From: Stegostoma tigrinum
Taxonomy: Eukaryota
Reading direction: 5' to 3'
Length of the DNA: 64,000 nt
Assembly: GCF_030684315.1 (NCBI RefSeq)
Contig: NC_081365.1
Coordinates: 34,313,394-34,377,393 of the forward strand
This document shows positions 36,501 through 49,869 of this stretch, piece after piece; position 1 is the stretch's first letter, and each line of letters begins with the position of its first letter. The notes under the pieces were generated by a model that saw nothing but the letters and a program-made list of their open reading frames with translations, had not been told where the DNA came from and did not search any database. Position numbers and translations under genes: made by a program.

Positions 36501-39500
36501 CCCATTCCTATTTGTGGGAACTTTCTGCATGTAAACTGGCTGCTGATTCTGACAATAACAGCTTTAAAATTCACCCATTCATTGACTGTGAAACAATTCA
36601 GAAAATGTGAAAGGCATTATGTGAAGGCAGATGCTTATTGTGTTATATAACTGTGCATTATTTTAGCAAAGTTATTACAACTTCTTGAAAATAGATTCAT
36701 GATATGTCATGTTATATCAAAACTCTGTGCACTATTCTAACATTGGACTTATGCTGACAATACAAGAAATCTCACCGCCAAAATGTTTTTAAAATGTACG
36801 ACAGAGATAAATGTCAATCTGTCAATATGTCAATCTACTTCGCACTTGTCAGAAACAGAGAGACTTATTGAATTTTGCTTGGTTAGCTAATCTGCATGTT
36901 GAGAAAATTAAAAAGGACATTTAATTCTTAAAGGTTTAATGAACAATATTTTCCATGCTTACGCATTTTTGCATATGAAGTCTACTGCAGTAATGACTAA
37001 GTATTTTTAAACTGTTGATTGAATCATTATATTTCTGGTTACTTCAGCAGATGTCAAATTTGGCAGAAGAGCTATGGGAACCTTGTTAAGATTTTCTAGT
37101 GTTTGTGTAGTTTTGTCGAACACACCATTTTAAGATGTTTTAAAATTAATAGCTGCATTAATCCTTTTGAACAGAAGCACAAATATGCATGCAAGAACAC
37201 TTGATTAGGATGTTTCGCCTTTGTGACGTAGTTGTGGGAAAGGTGCCCTTTTCACTTCTCCATAGCACTATTCTTGTATGCCAACATTTCAGCGTCCTCA
37301 GGAAGAACTAGAAACAGGCGCAAGTGACATAGTGAACAAGACCATCAATGGTGAGATAGTCCTCTGTTCTGCTTTGTAACTAAACATACCTTGATAGTAG
37401 ATGGCACAGCTGTGTATCCATTTATCTGCAGAAGTGCCTGTTGGCAACAGTTAAGGGCAATGTGACTATGTATACATTTGGTGGCATCTTGATGGTCAAT
37501 CAGGCTTTGCTGCGCCAATTGCTCTAGCATGTCTTCCTCCACCTAATGCAAGTATGGTGCTTCTGAATAAACTCATACCATTATAATTATAAATCTTAAC
37601 TCCACGACAATGTAGGAACAGCAATATGTCCAGGTCAAGATGGTGTAGAACATGTGGTGATGTCCCTACAGATTTTCTCCTTTGATATTTTTTGATGCTT
37701 AATGTTGCTGGGAGAGTTGCTGTAGTAGCTCCAGTGGGTAAATAGTGGAGATAACAAAGTGTAGAGCTGGATGAACACAGCAGGCCAAGCAGAATCCTAG
37801 CTGCAATGGTGCTGAAAGGGAGTGGATAATATGGATTGCTGGATTCCAGTACTAATGCACAAAATATCAGAATCCAGTGTAATCTAACTTTGTTAAAGAT
37901 TGTCCACCATTCCAATCCCATCTAAATTTTCATTAAAATGGATTAAGTCTGTCCATATAAATTATATTATCTTCATGATATTGGTACAAAATGGCTAAAC
38001 TAAGCACATTTGTACAGATTTACACAGGGAGCTATGCTTGTTCTACAGTAACTAGGTAGAACGTTATAGATATTGTCTCAAAAGCTGGACTATTATGTTA
38101 AATTGTTGTCTATATGTTAGCTCCATAACAGTAGCCGTAATCGTTTCTCCCTTTGTGTTTCTTTTCTGCAATGTGCATCTTAAAAACTGGTTCAAACAAA
38201 CCAGTGAATGGAAACATTGTGATCTAACAGCTCATTGTTCAAGAGTCAATACAGAGATACTGTAAACATACACCGCGTGTGGAAAGTCAGTCTCATCAGA
38301 TAAGCTACTTCAGCTTTCTGATTAGTAAAATGATCTTGAGAAGAGCATGTACTTACGAAGTCTGGACTGGGGAATCCCTGGAGGAATCCAGAAATTAAAC
38401 AGATGCTTCCTTTCATGTTAAGTCAATCGACACTTTTTTTTCTGCACTCTAATACATGGAAGGAAATCTGCATTTTTCATTTGTCAATGTGAGTACTGTC
38501 ATTGCCGACTTGATCAAAAATTTTCATGTGGTGTGATTAGAAATGATTTGTGCAAGTCAAGCAACATCTAATGCTCAACAAAAGTAAATCATTCAGAGGC
38601 TAATTTACTGTTTTGTGTGGGCTGCTCTACTTTGCTGGTTTTCTGCTGGTAACCGTTCTGGGGACAAGCAACATAAACAGGTCTCTGCTGCTGCTACTAT
38701 CATGCAGGTGTTACAGCATCAGAGGACAGAGATCCCAGTACCACATCTGACACTGACAGTAACTCAACGCAAACTGCACTTGGAGCAACAGTAGCTTTTG
38801 CCACAACAATGAAAGTAATGAAACTGTTTATAACTGTTGGCCTGTTGGGACTCTCTCTAGTCACTGGCATCAGCAACTGACTGTGATAGTTAATTGATGA
38901 TGGGCAAGATGAACATTTATTATGCAATTTTAGTATGTTATCCTGAAATGGACACTTGTCTCTGAAATTCCTAAGAACTGTGCTTACTCGTGCCCTCTTG
39001 CTGATACTGTCAAAGGATGAGAGCCTGGTAGGAAAGCACATAATTAATGTGGTATGTGGGTACATTCACTGCTATGGGAAGAAGCCCTATTAGGATACAG
39101 TATTGTCCAAGTAGCCTTGATCCTCCCCTACCCGCCCCTTTCTCAGCACCTTTAATAAAGTGGCTAATCAGCAAAAATTAAGTTGTGCCTTACTTTGGGG
39201 TTCAGGCTAGGTATAATTCAGCAGGTGTAACAGCATCTGGAGAGAAACAAGAATTAACATTTCAGATTGAAAAGCCGTCAACCTGAAACACCTACATCTC
39301 TTTTCACAGACGCTGCTAAACCTCATGTACATCCAACACTTTCTGCTTTAATTTCAGACCTCCAGACTCACCAGTATTTTGTTTCGGAATAAAAACAAAT
39401 TAATTGCTCACTCAGTCATCACAAAGCAGATGCTGCATTCGCCTACATGGGAGTCACAGCATTTCTTTATACAGATGTTTCTGAGATACGATAATGTGTA

Positions 39501-40155
39501 ACATTTACTTACTTTTCTTTTCTCTTTGCGAGTTAAATGCTAATGTACCGTGCCAAATTACTTCAAGTTAAGTTTGAGATGGAGCCGTGATTCTTTAATT
39601 CACTAACGGACTGTGGGAGTCAGTCAATTATTATCAATTCCTGTTTGGGCTCAGCATCCCGATACTTTTGCATTTAACGTATTTACACGCTATTTGCTAA
39701 ACCAATGGGCCCAACAGAAACTCCAAGGGGCATTTGAAGCCGAGCTGGGTGTTGTGTATGAAACTCAGAGAAAGTTTCAGCCTGTTTGTTGGTTTTTACC
39801 ACAACATGATGAAAGACATTTTTAAAAGTCCACATCAGAGTTCCTTAACTGGGACTTGTAAAGGAACAATCCAAGTACGGAATCTGGAGTAGACTGAGGC
39901 AGCAACGAAAGGGGAAGTGCTACTGTTGGTTTAAGACAGTCTTGGGCTGCACAAATATTGAAGAATTCCTCCTTTGATAGGACACTGGGTCCACAAACGA
40001 ATAGGTCAGAGTTACTATTCCCCTACAACAGGAAGAAGACTGCTACAGTGGCTGACGAATGAGCAACAACTCAATACATGAAGACTTGTATGGCCAAACT
40101 GGATCAGCAAAGAGGAGAACAGTTGCACGTACATGGCTTTGCAGGTTCTGAATCC

Positions 40156-40528
40156 TGATATGATGTGCTCAATGCAGTGTGCGTCTGGTCTGTAGCATCT
40201 AATACCTGCAGAAAGCCAGCTGTTGGCAAAGCCTACAGTGCCATGAAGTGTGTGATCAGGCACAAATGGCATTAGCCACAGCATTGATGCATCTGTGTGT
40301 TGGTGAATGTGAGATCCTGCACATGTCCCCAGGCAGTCCTTGGAACCAGCTGTTAGCAGAATAATTTAGTGCAGTTGTCACGTTGATGGCCACTCACCCC
40401 TTTCAGGGGTGTTTCAGGTTGACTGAAAGCTGGCTTTCTGCAGGTATTAGATGCTACAGACAAGACACACACTGCATTGAGCGCATCATATCATAACATT
40501 ACAGACATCTTCAACAGAAAAAGATTCT
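40156..40528. repeat. Inverted plus direct duplications of the Harbinger relic
   Basis: 40156-40402 is the reverse complement of 41861-42108; 40428-40528 is a direct copy of 42043-42143. Confidence 0.9.
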
Positions 40529-41779
40529 GTCTGGCACCGTAAAGAGGACGACAGACACTTCTGTCTTTGCATACGTTGTTCTCCAGCAATTGGTCAGATG
40601 GTGCTGTGAGTGCTTGAAGGATATTGGTGAAAAGGGGCCATGAGAATAGGGACTCCATTCACAAGTTTTCCACTGCTTAACTACTGCCCTCCTCTCAGCT
40701 GGTCCCAAGATCTGATAGAAAATCTGATGAAAATGTATTACTTCACATTCTTGCCCAGTGTTGCCTATTCTTGCATGCTAGGTAGTAACCTGCCTTTTCA
40801 GATAATAGTTGCCACAAGGACATGGGCACGAATTAACATGGACTAATGGGGAGAGAATGTGCAATAGCTCACCTGTTGGCTACAAAATTATGTTATGTTA
40901 GTGAAATTGTGGTTGGGGCACGGATGGAGTAATGGAATGGACGGAGAGTGACCGTTGGATGTGACAGCTACATCAGTCCAGTGGTAGAGATGAGCTAAGC
41001 CTTACAGCCATTATGTCTTCCCTGAGGCCCCAGCAGCAACATGAGTCATTGGTGATGTGTCTGGGCTGCTATATTTGTTATCCTCTCATAAAGAAAGCAT
41101 ATGGAATGCTCTCCTTCATTGACACAGGCATGGACTTCAAAAGAAGGGATATAATTATGAAACTACAACTGGAGTATTATGTGCAGTTCTGGTCACATTA
41201 CAGGAAGGACATAAATGCTGTGGAGACAGAAAGTGCAGAGAAGATTTATTAGAATGCTGCTAAGTCTGGAGAATTGTATCTACACCAAGAGACTGGAGAG
41301 GTTGGGGCTATTTTCCTTGAAACAGAGAAGGCTGAGTGGAAACATGATTAAGGTGTACTAAATTATGAGCCGTATCATTTCCACAGTTTCTATGATTTCT
41401 GCTTCATTGGATTGGTCCACAGACAATGGGTGGAAGTTTCCAACCTCCTGAACGATGACAGCAATGGCGAGTTGCTTAGGAGAGTAAAACAAATTCAGAA
41501 AATAAAGAGATTCTCAACATCAGGGATGAAAAGTCCAATTCTGCAACAATGTTTGGAAGGTGAGATGAGAATCTTGCTAGTGAGTGAATTGGAAGTTTAT
41601 TCAGGTGGATATGGTATGTAGGGAAATGGGAAAAAGCCAGGAGATAGGCACTGGGTAATAGAACAGGTTGTGGAATAATGGACCAAATGGAGATTCTGTG
41701 ATTCTGGGGATGCTCACAGCATCTCTGCTTCATCTTTTTACACTTTGTCACCTCATTCGGTACTTACAGGCTCACAGTG

Positions 41780-42620
41780 TATAGTCTTGTCACTGACAGA
41801 GGGTGTCCCCAGGAGACTAGCACAGAATGACGCAGGCTGCTGGGCTGGGATTTGTCACTTGAAGGGGTGAGTGGCCATCAACGTGACAACTGCACTAAAT
41901 TATCCTGCTAACAGCTGGTTCCAAGGACTGCCTGGGAACATGTGCAGGATCTCATATTCACCAACACACAGATGTTTCAATGCTGTGGCTAATGCCATTT
42001 GTGCCTGATCACACACTTCATGGCACTGTAGGCTTTGCCAACAGCTGGCTTTCTGCAGGTATTAGATGCTACAGACCGGACACACACTGCATTGAGCGCA
42101 TCATGTCATAACATTACAGACATCTTCAACAGAAAAGGATTCTATTCCAGCAACGTACAAGTCATCTGTGATGTTTGTGCCAGGTATCCAGAGGGGTGCT
42201 ATGATGCTTATATCCTTCATTGACTAAATGTCTTGAAGGATGGTTACTGGGAGACAAGGGCTACCTACAAAGCAACCATGGCTGGTTTCTTCATTACACA
42301 ACCTCCTTGACTGAGCCTGAGAGTGTAGATACAATGCAACCCATTCTTCAAACCAAGCTAATGGTGAAGGGGATGACAGTCTTGATGAAGATGAGGTTTC
42401 AGTGCTTGGATCAGTTCAACGGGCCTTGCATCTAGGCCAGACTGATTGTGCTGGTAATCCTAGCACATTAAGCTCTATATAACTGGAGCAGATAAAGAAG
42501 GGAAATGATGGATGATGAAGAGCTGGGAGAGCAGTAGCAGCACTCTTCCAAGGAGGAAGATGAGCAGGAAGAACATCACCTTCACCATGATAGAGGACTG
42601 CAGCGTCATAAGCAACAAGC
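41780..42620 (+). pseudogene. Harbinger/PIF (HARBI1-like) DDE transposase relic
   Basis: Frameshifted traces VTTALNY..SWFQG, GFLQVLDATDRTH, NRKGFYS.NVQVICD, ARYPEGCYDAYIL, GWLLGDKGY and KMRFQCLD, followed by an acidic tail. Confidence 0.85.
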
Positions 42621-43126
42621 CACACAGGACTGAATAAAAGTGAACATCTTCAAGCATTTGACAGGTTTCCAGTAAAAGGGATGCTCCCACACTGAACTTG
42701 CACTTGCAATGAAGTTCAAGCTGTGCCACCTACATGCTCTCATAATCATTTCTTTTTGGTTCTCCTCCCACTCTGTGTATGAAGAAGGCTGGAACACGTG
42801 ACCTGCTGCATGGTTGGGCTTTAATAATGGCACAGGTATCAGGAATCCTAGCAGATTCCAGTAGTGGCAGGTCCTTCTGCCTCTTGAGAAGGGGACAATA
42901 CTGCGAGTGAAACACCATAGAGGTGTGGAGCATAGCTAATGAAGTGAGCTGTGGAGAATATTGTGTGAAAACTCGCTGGCGTTCTATAAATAACACCATC
43001 AGTGAAACTCTCCTAAACTGCCACATAGCTGATTACTCTTGGACTTTAGTCCACAGTGGGTACCTCTTAAGAGTTTGACAGCTCTGGTGCTCCACTCTCA
43101 AATGATCACGTGCAGGTCTCTTTACA

Positions 43127-44530
43127 GAGATAATGGGAACTGCAGATGCTGGAGAATTCCAAGATAATAAAATGTGAGGCTGGATGAACACAGCAGGCCA
43201 AGCAGCATCTCAGGAGCACAAAAGCTGACGTTTTGGGCCGAGACCCTTCATCAGAGAGGGGGATGGGGAGAGGGAACTGGAATAAATAGGGAGAGAGGGG
43301 AGGCGGACCGAAGATGGAGAGTAAAGAAGATAGGTGGAGAGAGTATAGGTGGGGAGGTAGGGAGGGGATAGGTCAGTCCAGGGAAGACAGACAGGTCAAG
43401 GAGGTGGGATGAGGTTAGTAGGTAGATGGGGGTGCGGCTTGGGGTGGGAGGAAGGGATGGGTGAGAGGAAGAACCGGTTAGGGAGGCAGAGACAGGTTGG
43501 ACTGGTTTTGGGATGCAGTGGGTGGGGGGGAAGAGCTGGGCTGGTTGTGTGGTGCAGTGGGGGGAGGGGACGAACTGGGCTGGTTTAGGGATGCAGTAGG
43601 GGAAGGGGAGATTTTGAAACTGGTGAAGTCCACATTGATACTATTAGGCTGCAGGGTTCCCAGGCGGAATATGAGTTGCTGTTCCTGCAACCTTCGGGTG
43701 GCATCATTGTGGCAGTGCAGGAGGCCCATGATGGACATGTCATCTAGAGAATGGGAGGGGGAGTGGAAATGGTTTGCGACTGGGAGGTGCAGTTGTTTGT
43801 TGCGAACTGAGCGGAGGTGTTCTGCAAAGCGGTCTCCAAGCCTCCGCTTGGTTTCCCCAATGTAGAGGAAGCCACACCGGGTACAGTGGATGCAGTGTAC
43901 CACATTGGCAGATGTGCAGGTGAACCTCTGCTTAATGTGGAATGTCATCTTGGGGCCTGGGATAGGGGTGAGGGAGGAGGTGTGGGGGCAAGTGTAGCAT
44001 TTCCTGCGGTTGCAGGGGAAGGTGCCGGGTGTGGTGGGGTTGGAGGGCAGTGTGGAGCTAACAAGGGAGTCACGGAGAGAGTGGTCTCTGTGGAAGGCAG
44101 ACAGGGGTGGGGATGGAAAAATGTCTTGGGTGGTGGGGTCGGATTGTAAATGGCGAAAGTGTCGGAGGATGATGCGTTGTATCCGGAGGTTGGTAGGGTG
44201 GTGTGTGAGAACGAGGGGGATCCTCTTAGGGCGGTTGTGGGGCGGGGGGGGGGCGGGGTGTGAGGGATGTGTTGCGGGAAATGCGGGAGACGCGGTCAAG
44301 GGCGTTCTCGATCACTGTGGGGGGAAAGTTGCGGTCCTTGAAGAACATGGACATCTGGGATGTGCGGGAGTGGAATGTCTTATCGTGGGAGCAGATGCGG
44401 CGGAGGCGGAGGAATTGGGAATAGGGGATGGAATTTTTGCAGGAGGGTGGGTGGGAGGAGGTGTATTCTAGGTAGCTGTCGGAGTCGGTGGGCTTGAAAT
44501 GGACATCAGTTACAAGCTGGTTGCCTGAGA
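43127..44530 (-). mobile_element. Penelope-like retroelement (Neptune-type), 5'-truncated: RT thumb plus GIY-YIG endonuclease
   Basis: TDVHFKPTDSDSYLEYTSSHP..CKNSIPYSQFLRLRRICS; CNRRKCYTC linker; NVVHCIHCTRCGFLYIGETKRRLGDRFAEH. Hammerhead at about 43226-43256; TSD caggtctctttaca at 43113-43126 and 44540-44553. Confidence 0.95.
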
Positions 44531-45754
44531 TCTTTACAACAGGTCTCTTTACAACAGTCTTTTTCTGCTGATGATCATTTTGCTTCTCATTAGAAGCCAA
44601 TCCAGAGCATCCAATCCAGGACATGACCTATTCTCATCTTGAATTTGAATAACTCCAAAGGGAACAAATTAACTTCTTAACACAAATGCCTTCTGCAGGG
44701 GAAGATGTGAAAGTGGCTATGAACACTGAGTATTGATGTCCATGTGTCAGACGTTATCGAGTCTAATACACTGTCTCCCATTTCTCACCTTTGTTTTAAC
44801 TCAGGCTCAGAAAATCCTGAAAATGTGTGCATGTCTTGCACAATCTTGTGACAATCTTTTTTCAAATCTCCCCCTTTAAATATTCAAAGCAATGGCCTGC
44901 CTGTTGTGAGAGAGCCAAGCACACACATATTGAAATACAAATGAATGGAGCCATTTTCTGAATGAGTTGCCATTTTCACGTATCATAACTTTCCTCATGA
45001 ATCTAAAACCTCATTTCCACAATATTAGAGTCCCCTAATCAGTGTTCATGAAGCACTGAACAGATTGTGCCAAATAATGTTTCAGCTCATTTGAACAATC
45101 ACCTATAAATATTGCTGTTGCTATTCCCTGACTATACAGTAGACCCAAGATCAAGCTTTGGTCAGCAAGTCCGAACTAAATTACTTGATGGTGCCTGCAT
45201 TTTCAGACACATATATTTCTCTGATCTTATCTTGATTTCCTTTAATTGCAAAGTTTGATATTCAAGCTCTGCATTTGTGGTTCAGTAGATTTTGTGAAAA
45301 GATTATTCATTTCGGTAAAATCCCTATAATAATTTAAATCTGTAAATTGGGGATAATGTCAAATTTGGGCAGTAGTGTAAAATAGACAATATTGAATCAG
45401 TAGTCCATCATTTAGCCAAACTCCTCTGGGCCTGGAGGTCGGAAGGGAACATAATTTGGTGGGACAGTGGAGGACCAGAGCCCTGCCACGTTTCCACCTT
45501 TGTCAGGGTGAGCCATTTGAAGGTGGGTGCCTCAGTCTGCAGTAATCTGTGCACCTTCAAGGGACTTGCCAAAGTGCAGCATGGAGGCTGCTCACAGCCT
45601 GTCCTGGTTCCCCTGTCTCCATGACTGCCACCACAAACAACATTTCAATTTTCTCTTGATGGCTCTCCATCTTGGGGAGTCTGATAGATTGTCATACTGA
45701 CAGCAGGCACAGCTTCCCCTGTGGTGCTGCTGGCTGTCCGGTGGGTTATAGGAT

Positions 45755-47330
45755 AATGTAACCCACTATTTATAAAAGGAGGTAAAGAGGGAAGAAGGAA
45801 TTACAGACTGGTTAGCCTGGCATCGGTTATGGGGAAAATATCAGAATCCAATATCTGCAATACAAAATCCAATATATGCAATAGCTGATCACAAGGACAA
45901 TGATCAGACAGAGTCAGCTTGGATTCACAAAGGGATGTCATGCTTGACAAATCTGCTGGAATGTTCTGAAAATCTGACTGGTAGTGTTAATAAGGGGGAG
46001 ACAGTGGATGTGGTTTACTCGAACTTATCAAAAGATCCCACCTAAGAAATTATTATGCAAAATTAAAGTGCATGGGATTGGGGGAATAGAGTACTGATGT
46101 GGATAGAGAACTGATTCACAGACAGAAAAGAGTAGGATTAAATGGGTCATCTTCCAAATGATATCCAGTGACTACTGGGATAACCCAGGGACCTGTGTGT
46201 GGATCTTAGCTATTCATAACATATATTAACAATTCAGATGAGGAAGCAGAGTGTAATATTTCTAAGTTTGCTCATGACACAAAGCTGGGTAAGATGGTGA
46301 TCTGTGAGGAGGATGCAAAGATACTTCAGTGTGATTCGGATAGTTTGAGTGAGTGGACAAATGCATGGCAGATGAAGTTTAATGGACATAAATGTGAGGG
46401 TATCCTCTCTGGTAGAAAAAAAACAGGAAGGCAGGTTACTACCTGATTGGCAATTGACTGGGAAAAGAAGAAGTCCAATGAGATAGCCATACACCAGTTG
46501 CTCAAAGTAAGCATGCAGGTGCAGAAGGCAGTGAAGAAGGCAAATAGTATGTTTGGCTTCACAGCGAGAAGATTCAAGTACAGGAGCAGGGATTAAAACT
46601 GAAAAAAAAACTGTGGGTGCTGAAAATCAGAAACAAAAACAGAAATTGCTGGAAATGCACGGCAAGTCTGGCAGCATCTGTGATGGAGATCCAAGTTAAT
46701 GTTTCAGGTCAAATGACCCTTCCTCAGAACAGGATCAGGGATGTCTTGTTGTAATTGTACAGAGCCTTAGTGAGATCACATGAGGATGTGTGCAGTTTAT
46801 CTGAGGGAAGACGTTCTGGCTATGGAGATAATACAACAAAGTTCACCAGACTGATTTCCTGGGATTATAGGACTGACATATGAAGGCAGATTGGGTTGGT
46901 TAGGACTATACTCCCTAGGGTTCAGAAGAATGAGGAGTGATCTCATAGAAACCTCTAAAATTCTAACAGGGCATGACATGGTTAACAAAGGAAGGATGTT
47001 CCCAATTACTGGGGAGATCGGGAACAAGAGTCACAACCTAATAATACAGGGTTGGCCTGTAGGGCTGAGCTGAGGAGAAATTCCCTCATTCAGAGAGAGA
47101 ATGGTGGCCCTGTGAAATTCTCTACCCCAGAAAGTGGTTGACACCAAAGGATTAAGTGTTTTCAAGAAGGAGTTAAATATCGTTCCTTGTGCTAGAGGAA
47201 TCAAAGGGTATGCAAGAAAACAGGTACAGGGTACTAAGCTGGATGATCAGCGAGGGTCATATTGAATGGTGGAGGCTGAAAGCACTGAATGGGGTACTCC
47301 TATTCTTATTTTCTGTTTCTATATTTCTGT
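45755..47330 (+). mobile_element. Degenerate CR1 RT region plus 3' end
   Basis: NYRLVSL, SCLTNLLE, SKFAHDTK and RRMRSDLIETSKIL traces; interrupted at 46594. Confidence 0.8.
46594..46728 (-). mobile_element. Penelope 3'-terminal monomer nested in CR1
   Basis: Ends at gttCTGAGGAAGGGTC; TSD acagga(g/t)cagggat at 46580-46593 and 46729-46742. Confidence 0.8.
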
Positions 47331-47394
47331 TGTATAAGTATATCAGTTTCTGAATGAGTCAATGTTGATGAGTGCAGTGAGTGCTATCCTGCAT

Positions 47395-47655
47395 AGAATC
47401 GTGCAGCATAGAACAGGCCCTTCAGCCCATTGAATCTGTGCCAAATAGATCAAAGCCAATCCCACTTTCCAGCACCTGGCCGATAGCCTTGAATGTTGTG
47501 ATACTACAAGTGCTCATCCAAGTCCTTTTTAAAAGTCTGAGGCTTCTTGCCTCTCCTATCCTCCCAGACTGTGCATTCCAAATTCCCACCTCCCTCTGGA
47601 TAAATGATCTTTTCCTCAAATCCCCTCTAAACATCCCGCTTTTCACCTTAAAATT
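47395..47655 (-). mobile_element. CR1 3' end
   Basis: FRGDLRK..F.QR.V.IWN trace. Confidence 0.7.
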
Positions 47656-49869
47656 CACAGATTGGGCAGGAGAAGCAGCTTGGATATCAAAGGAGTAAGA
47701 CATTGAGGATTACCACCATCTCAGTAACAATGTCTATGATAGTAACATAACCTGCATCTGGTGCTAAAGTGCAATAAGCTACACTTTATTTAAAACAACA
47801 GCCTCTTCTTGTGACACTACCTTCTGGTTATCCTTGACCACACTAGACAAAGCAGGGTCTGTAGATCCCTACCAAGAAAGAGGTTAGTGGCAGCAAATCT
47901 ACCAGCCGGATCCCACACGGTGGTGTGCTGGTGTGAATTCATGTTACAACACCAGCCTCTGAATTTATTGGAAGCACTTGGCAATCAGGTCACACTCATC
48001 CTGGTCTAATATGAGTGGAGAACTCAGCAGAGCCCAATCAGCTGCTTGACCGCTAGAAGATCCAATGGGCCTCTATATCATGACAAGGCATCGGTGTCTC
48101 TTCTTCGATCTCTTCTGAACTTGGATTTAGTCCAAAAATGAAAAGATACTACCCAATATCTTTGCCGATGTTTCCTTCCTTTGGCATCAGTATTGCACTA
48201 GTCCAAAATTACTTTCATTGGCTTTTCATATTGCTCTTCTCAAGGCCAATTAGGGATAGGCAAGAAATGCCAACGTTGCCAACAACACACACCTTACATG
48301 CATAACTAACCAAACAAAGACAGCCATGACCACGAAGTCGGACTTTAACCTTGAAAAAACATTCTAAATCTGATGATCTCTTTAAGCTGCAGATGCCCAA
48401 TTTAAGTGTAGCCTGTTAACAATAAGCATGCAATAAATCCAGCATTCAAACACTCAATTCTCAAAGATCTCAGTTTTTCTACGTATTATCTACACACTTT
48501 CAAATTCTTCTTTATATCAATCACTTCAACCATGCTTTTGGCTATCCCCCCTGTCATCTTCTTGTGTCTGGTCATTTTTATCTTTTTGCCTTCAAAGCAA
48601 AAGGCATGCAAATCATTTTTGTTGTGTGAACAGAAAATATTCGTCATGTAATATACTCTGGTAAATTCGCATTAGTCATTTTATTTGAAATAGGATCATT
48701 TGAAACAATTTCTCATAGCAAATTGATTGTGAAAAAATTAAATTAAAATTGCTTACATATAATTGTTTACATGCTTAGTTAAGAATACATGTATAAACAT
48801 ATTTAATGTAGGTTTAGGATATAATTATCACAATACTTAATGCAAATTTGAAATATATAGTTTTCCTAAAATTCAACACGTTAGTTTTATATCCTTATTT
48901 GTAATGTGGTTAACAGCATAGTATACATTTGTTCAGACTTAGGACTACGGAAACAAAATTTCTGTTCCGAATTTGAGTCAAAAGACTGGCACGAATTGTA
49001 GGTGAAATATATGTAAGATGTTAATCATGAAGGTTATTTTGTTATCAGGGAGAAACTGTCTTTTAAAAATTATATTGTGCTGCTAAAACACACAGTGGTT
49101 TATGCATTTTAGTGACATCAGAGAGTTTGGATACAAAGTGTAGAAATAAAAAGTAAATATTGGAAATATAACGATTTCATTACACTTAAGTTTCCGCCGC
49201 AAAATATCACAAATAATGAGCAGATTTTCTTTATATAACAAAAACTCTTAAGCTGTACTTTGTATGCTTCTGCATATTGTTACTTCAAAAGGTTACGAAC
49301 AAATGTTTGCAATTAATTCCCTTTAGAGCTATTTTATAGCTGCTGATTTTTGATACAATTTGCAAATACTGTGCAAAAACATCACAAACTTGAACAATCG
49401 CAAGAGACAAATTTAGAAAAAGATGATGTTTAAGTTTAGTTTTGGCTTCTGAAATCCTCTAATTTCAGATTGAATAAAGGAATGTAGAATAAGGAAATTC
49501 AGAGAAATAAATAATTTATTTGTAAAATAAATCGTAACATACTTGATCGGATAGCATTAAAGCAAAACTTAGTTAGTTAATATTGTCATTCTGAATCTGC
49601 TTTTTTATTCCTGAGTTACTCCGTAAATATATATATCATATATATGACTATATATAAATATCGCTAGAAAATAAATTGATAATGTTACTTTATTACAAAT
49701 ATATTCAGTGCTTGTATAAGATTGAAATATTATGACTTTTAGAACTAGTTCACATTATCTACTTGCATTGTTTCTAATGCTTCCTGTTACAAACATGTTT
49801 ATAGACAAACAATTCATCATTAACTATCTTATCTAGTATTTCGATACCTGACTAACCGGTCTACTAGAA

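Noticed and set aside
38357-38416. MKGSICLISGFLQGFPSPDF as the CD247 signal-peptide exon
   Set aside because: It is 60 nt (phase 0); splicing to the phase-1 exon 2 gives ATG CTG ACG TTA TGA, an immediate stop.
38700-39065. 121-aa minus-strand ORF
   Set aside because: No recognisable motif; partly the antisense shadow of the plus-strand frame discussed in the findings.
41780-42620. Functional host HARBI1 gene
   Set aside because: Multiple stops, frameshifts and deletions mark a decayed transposon.
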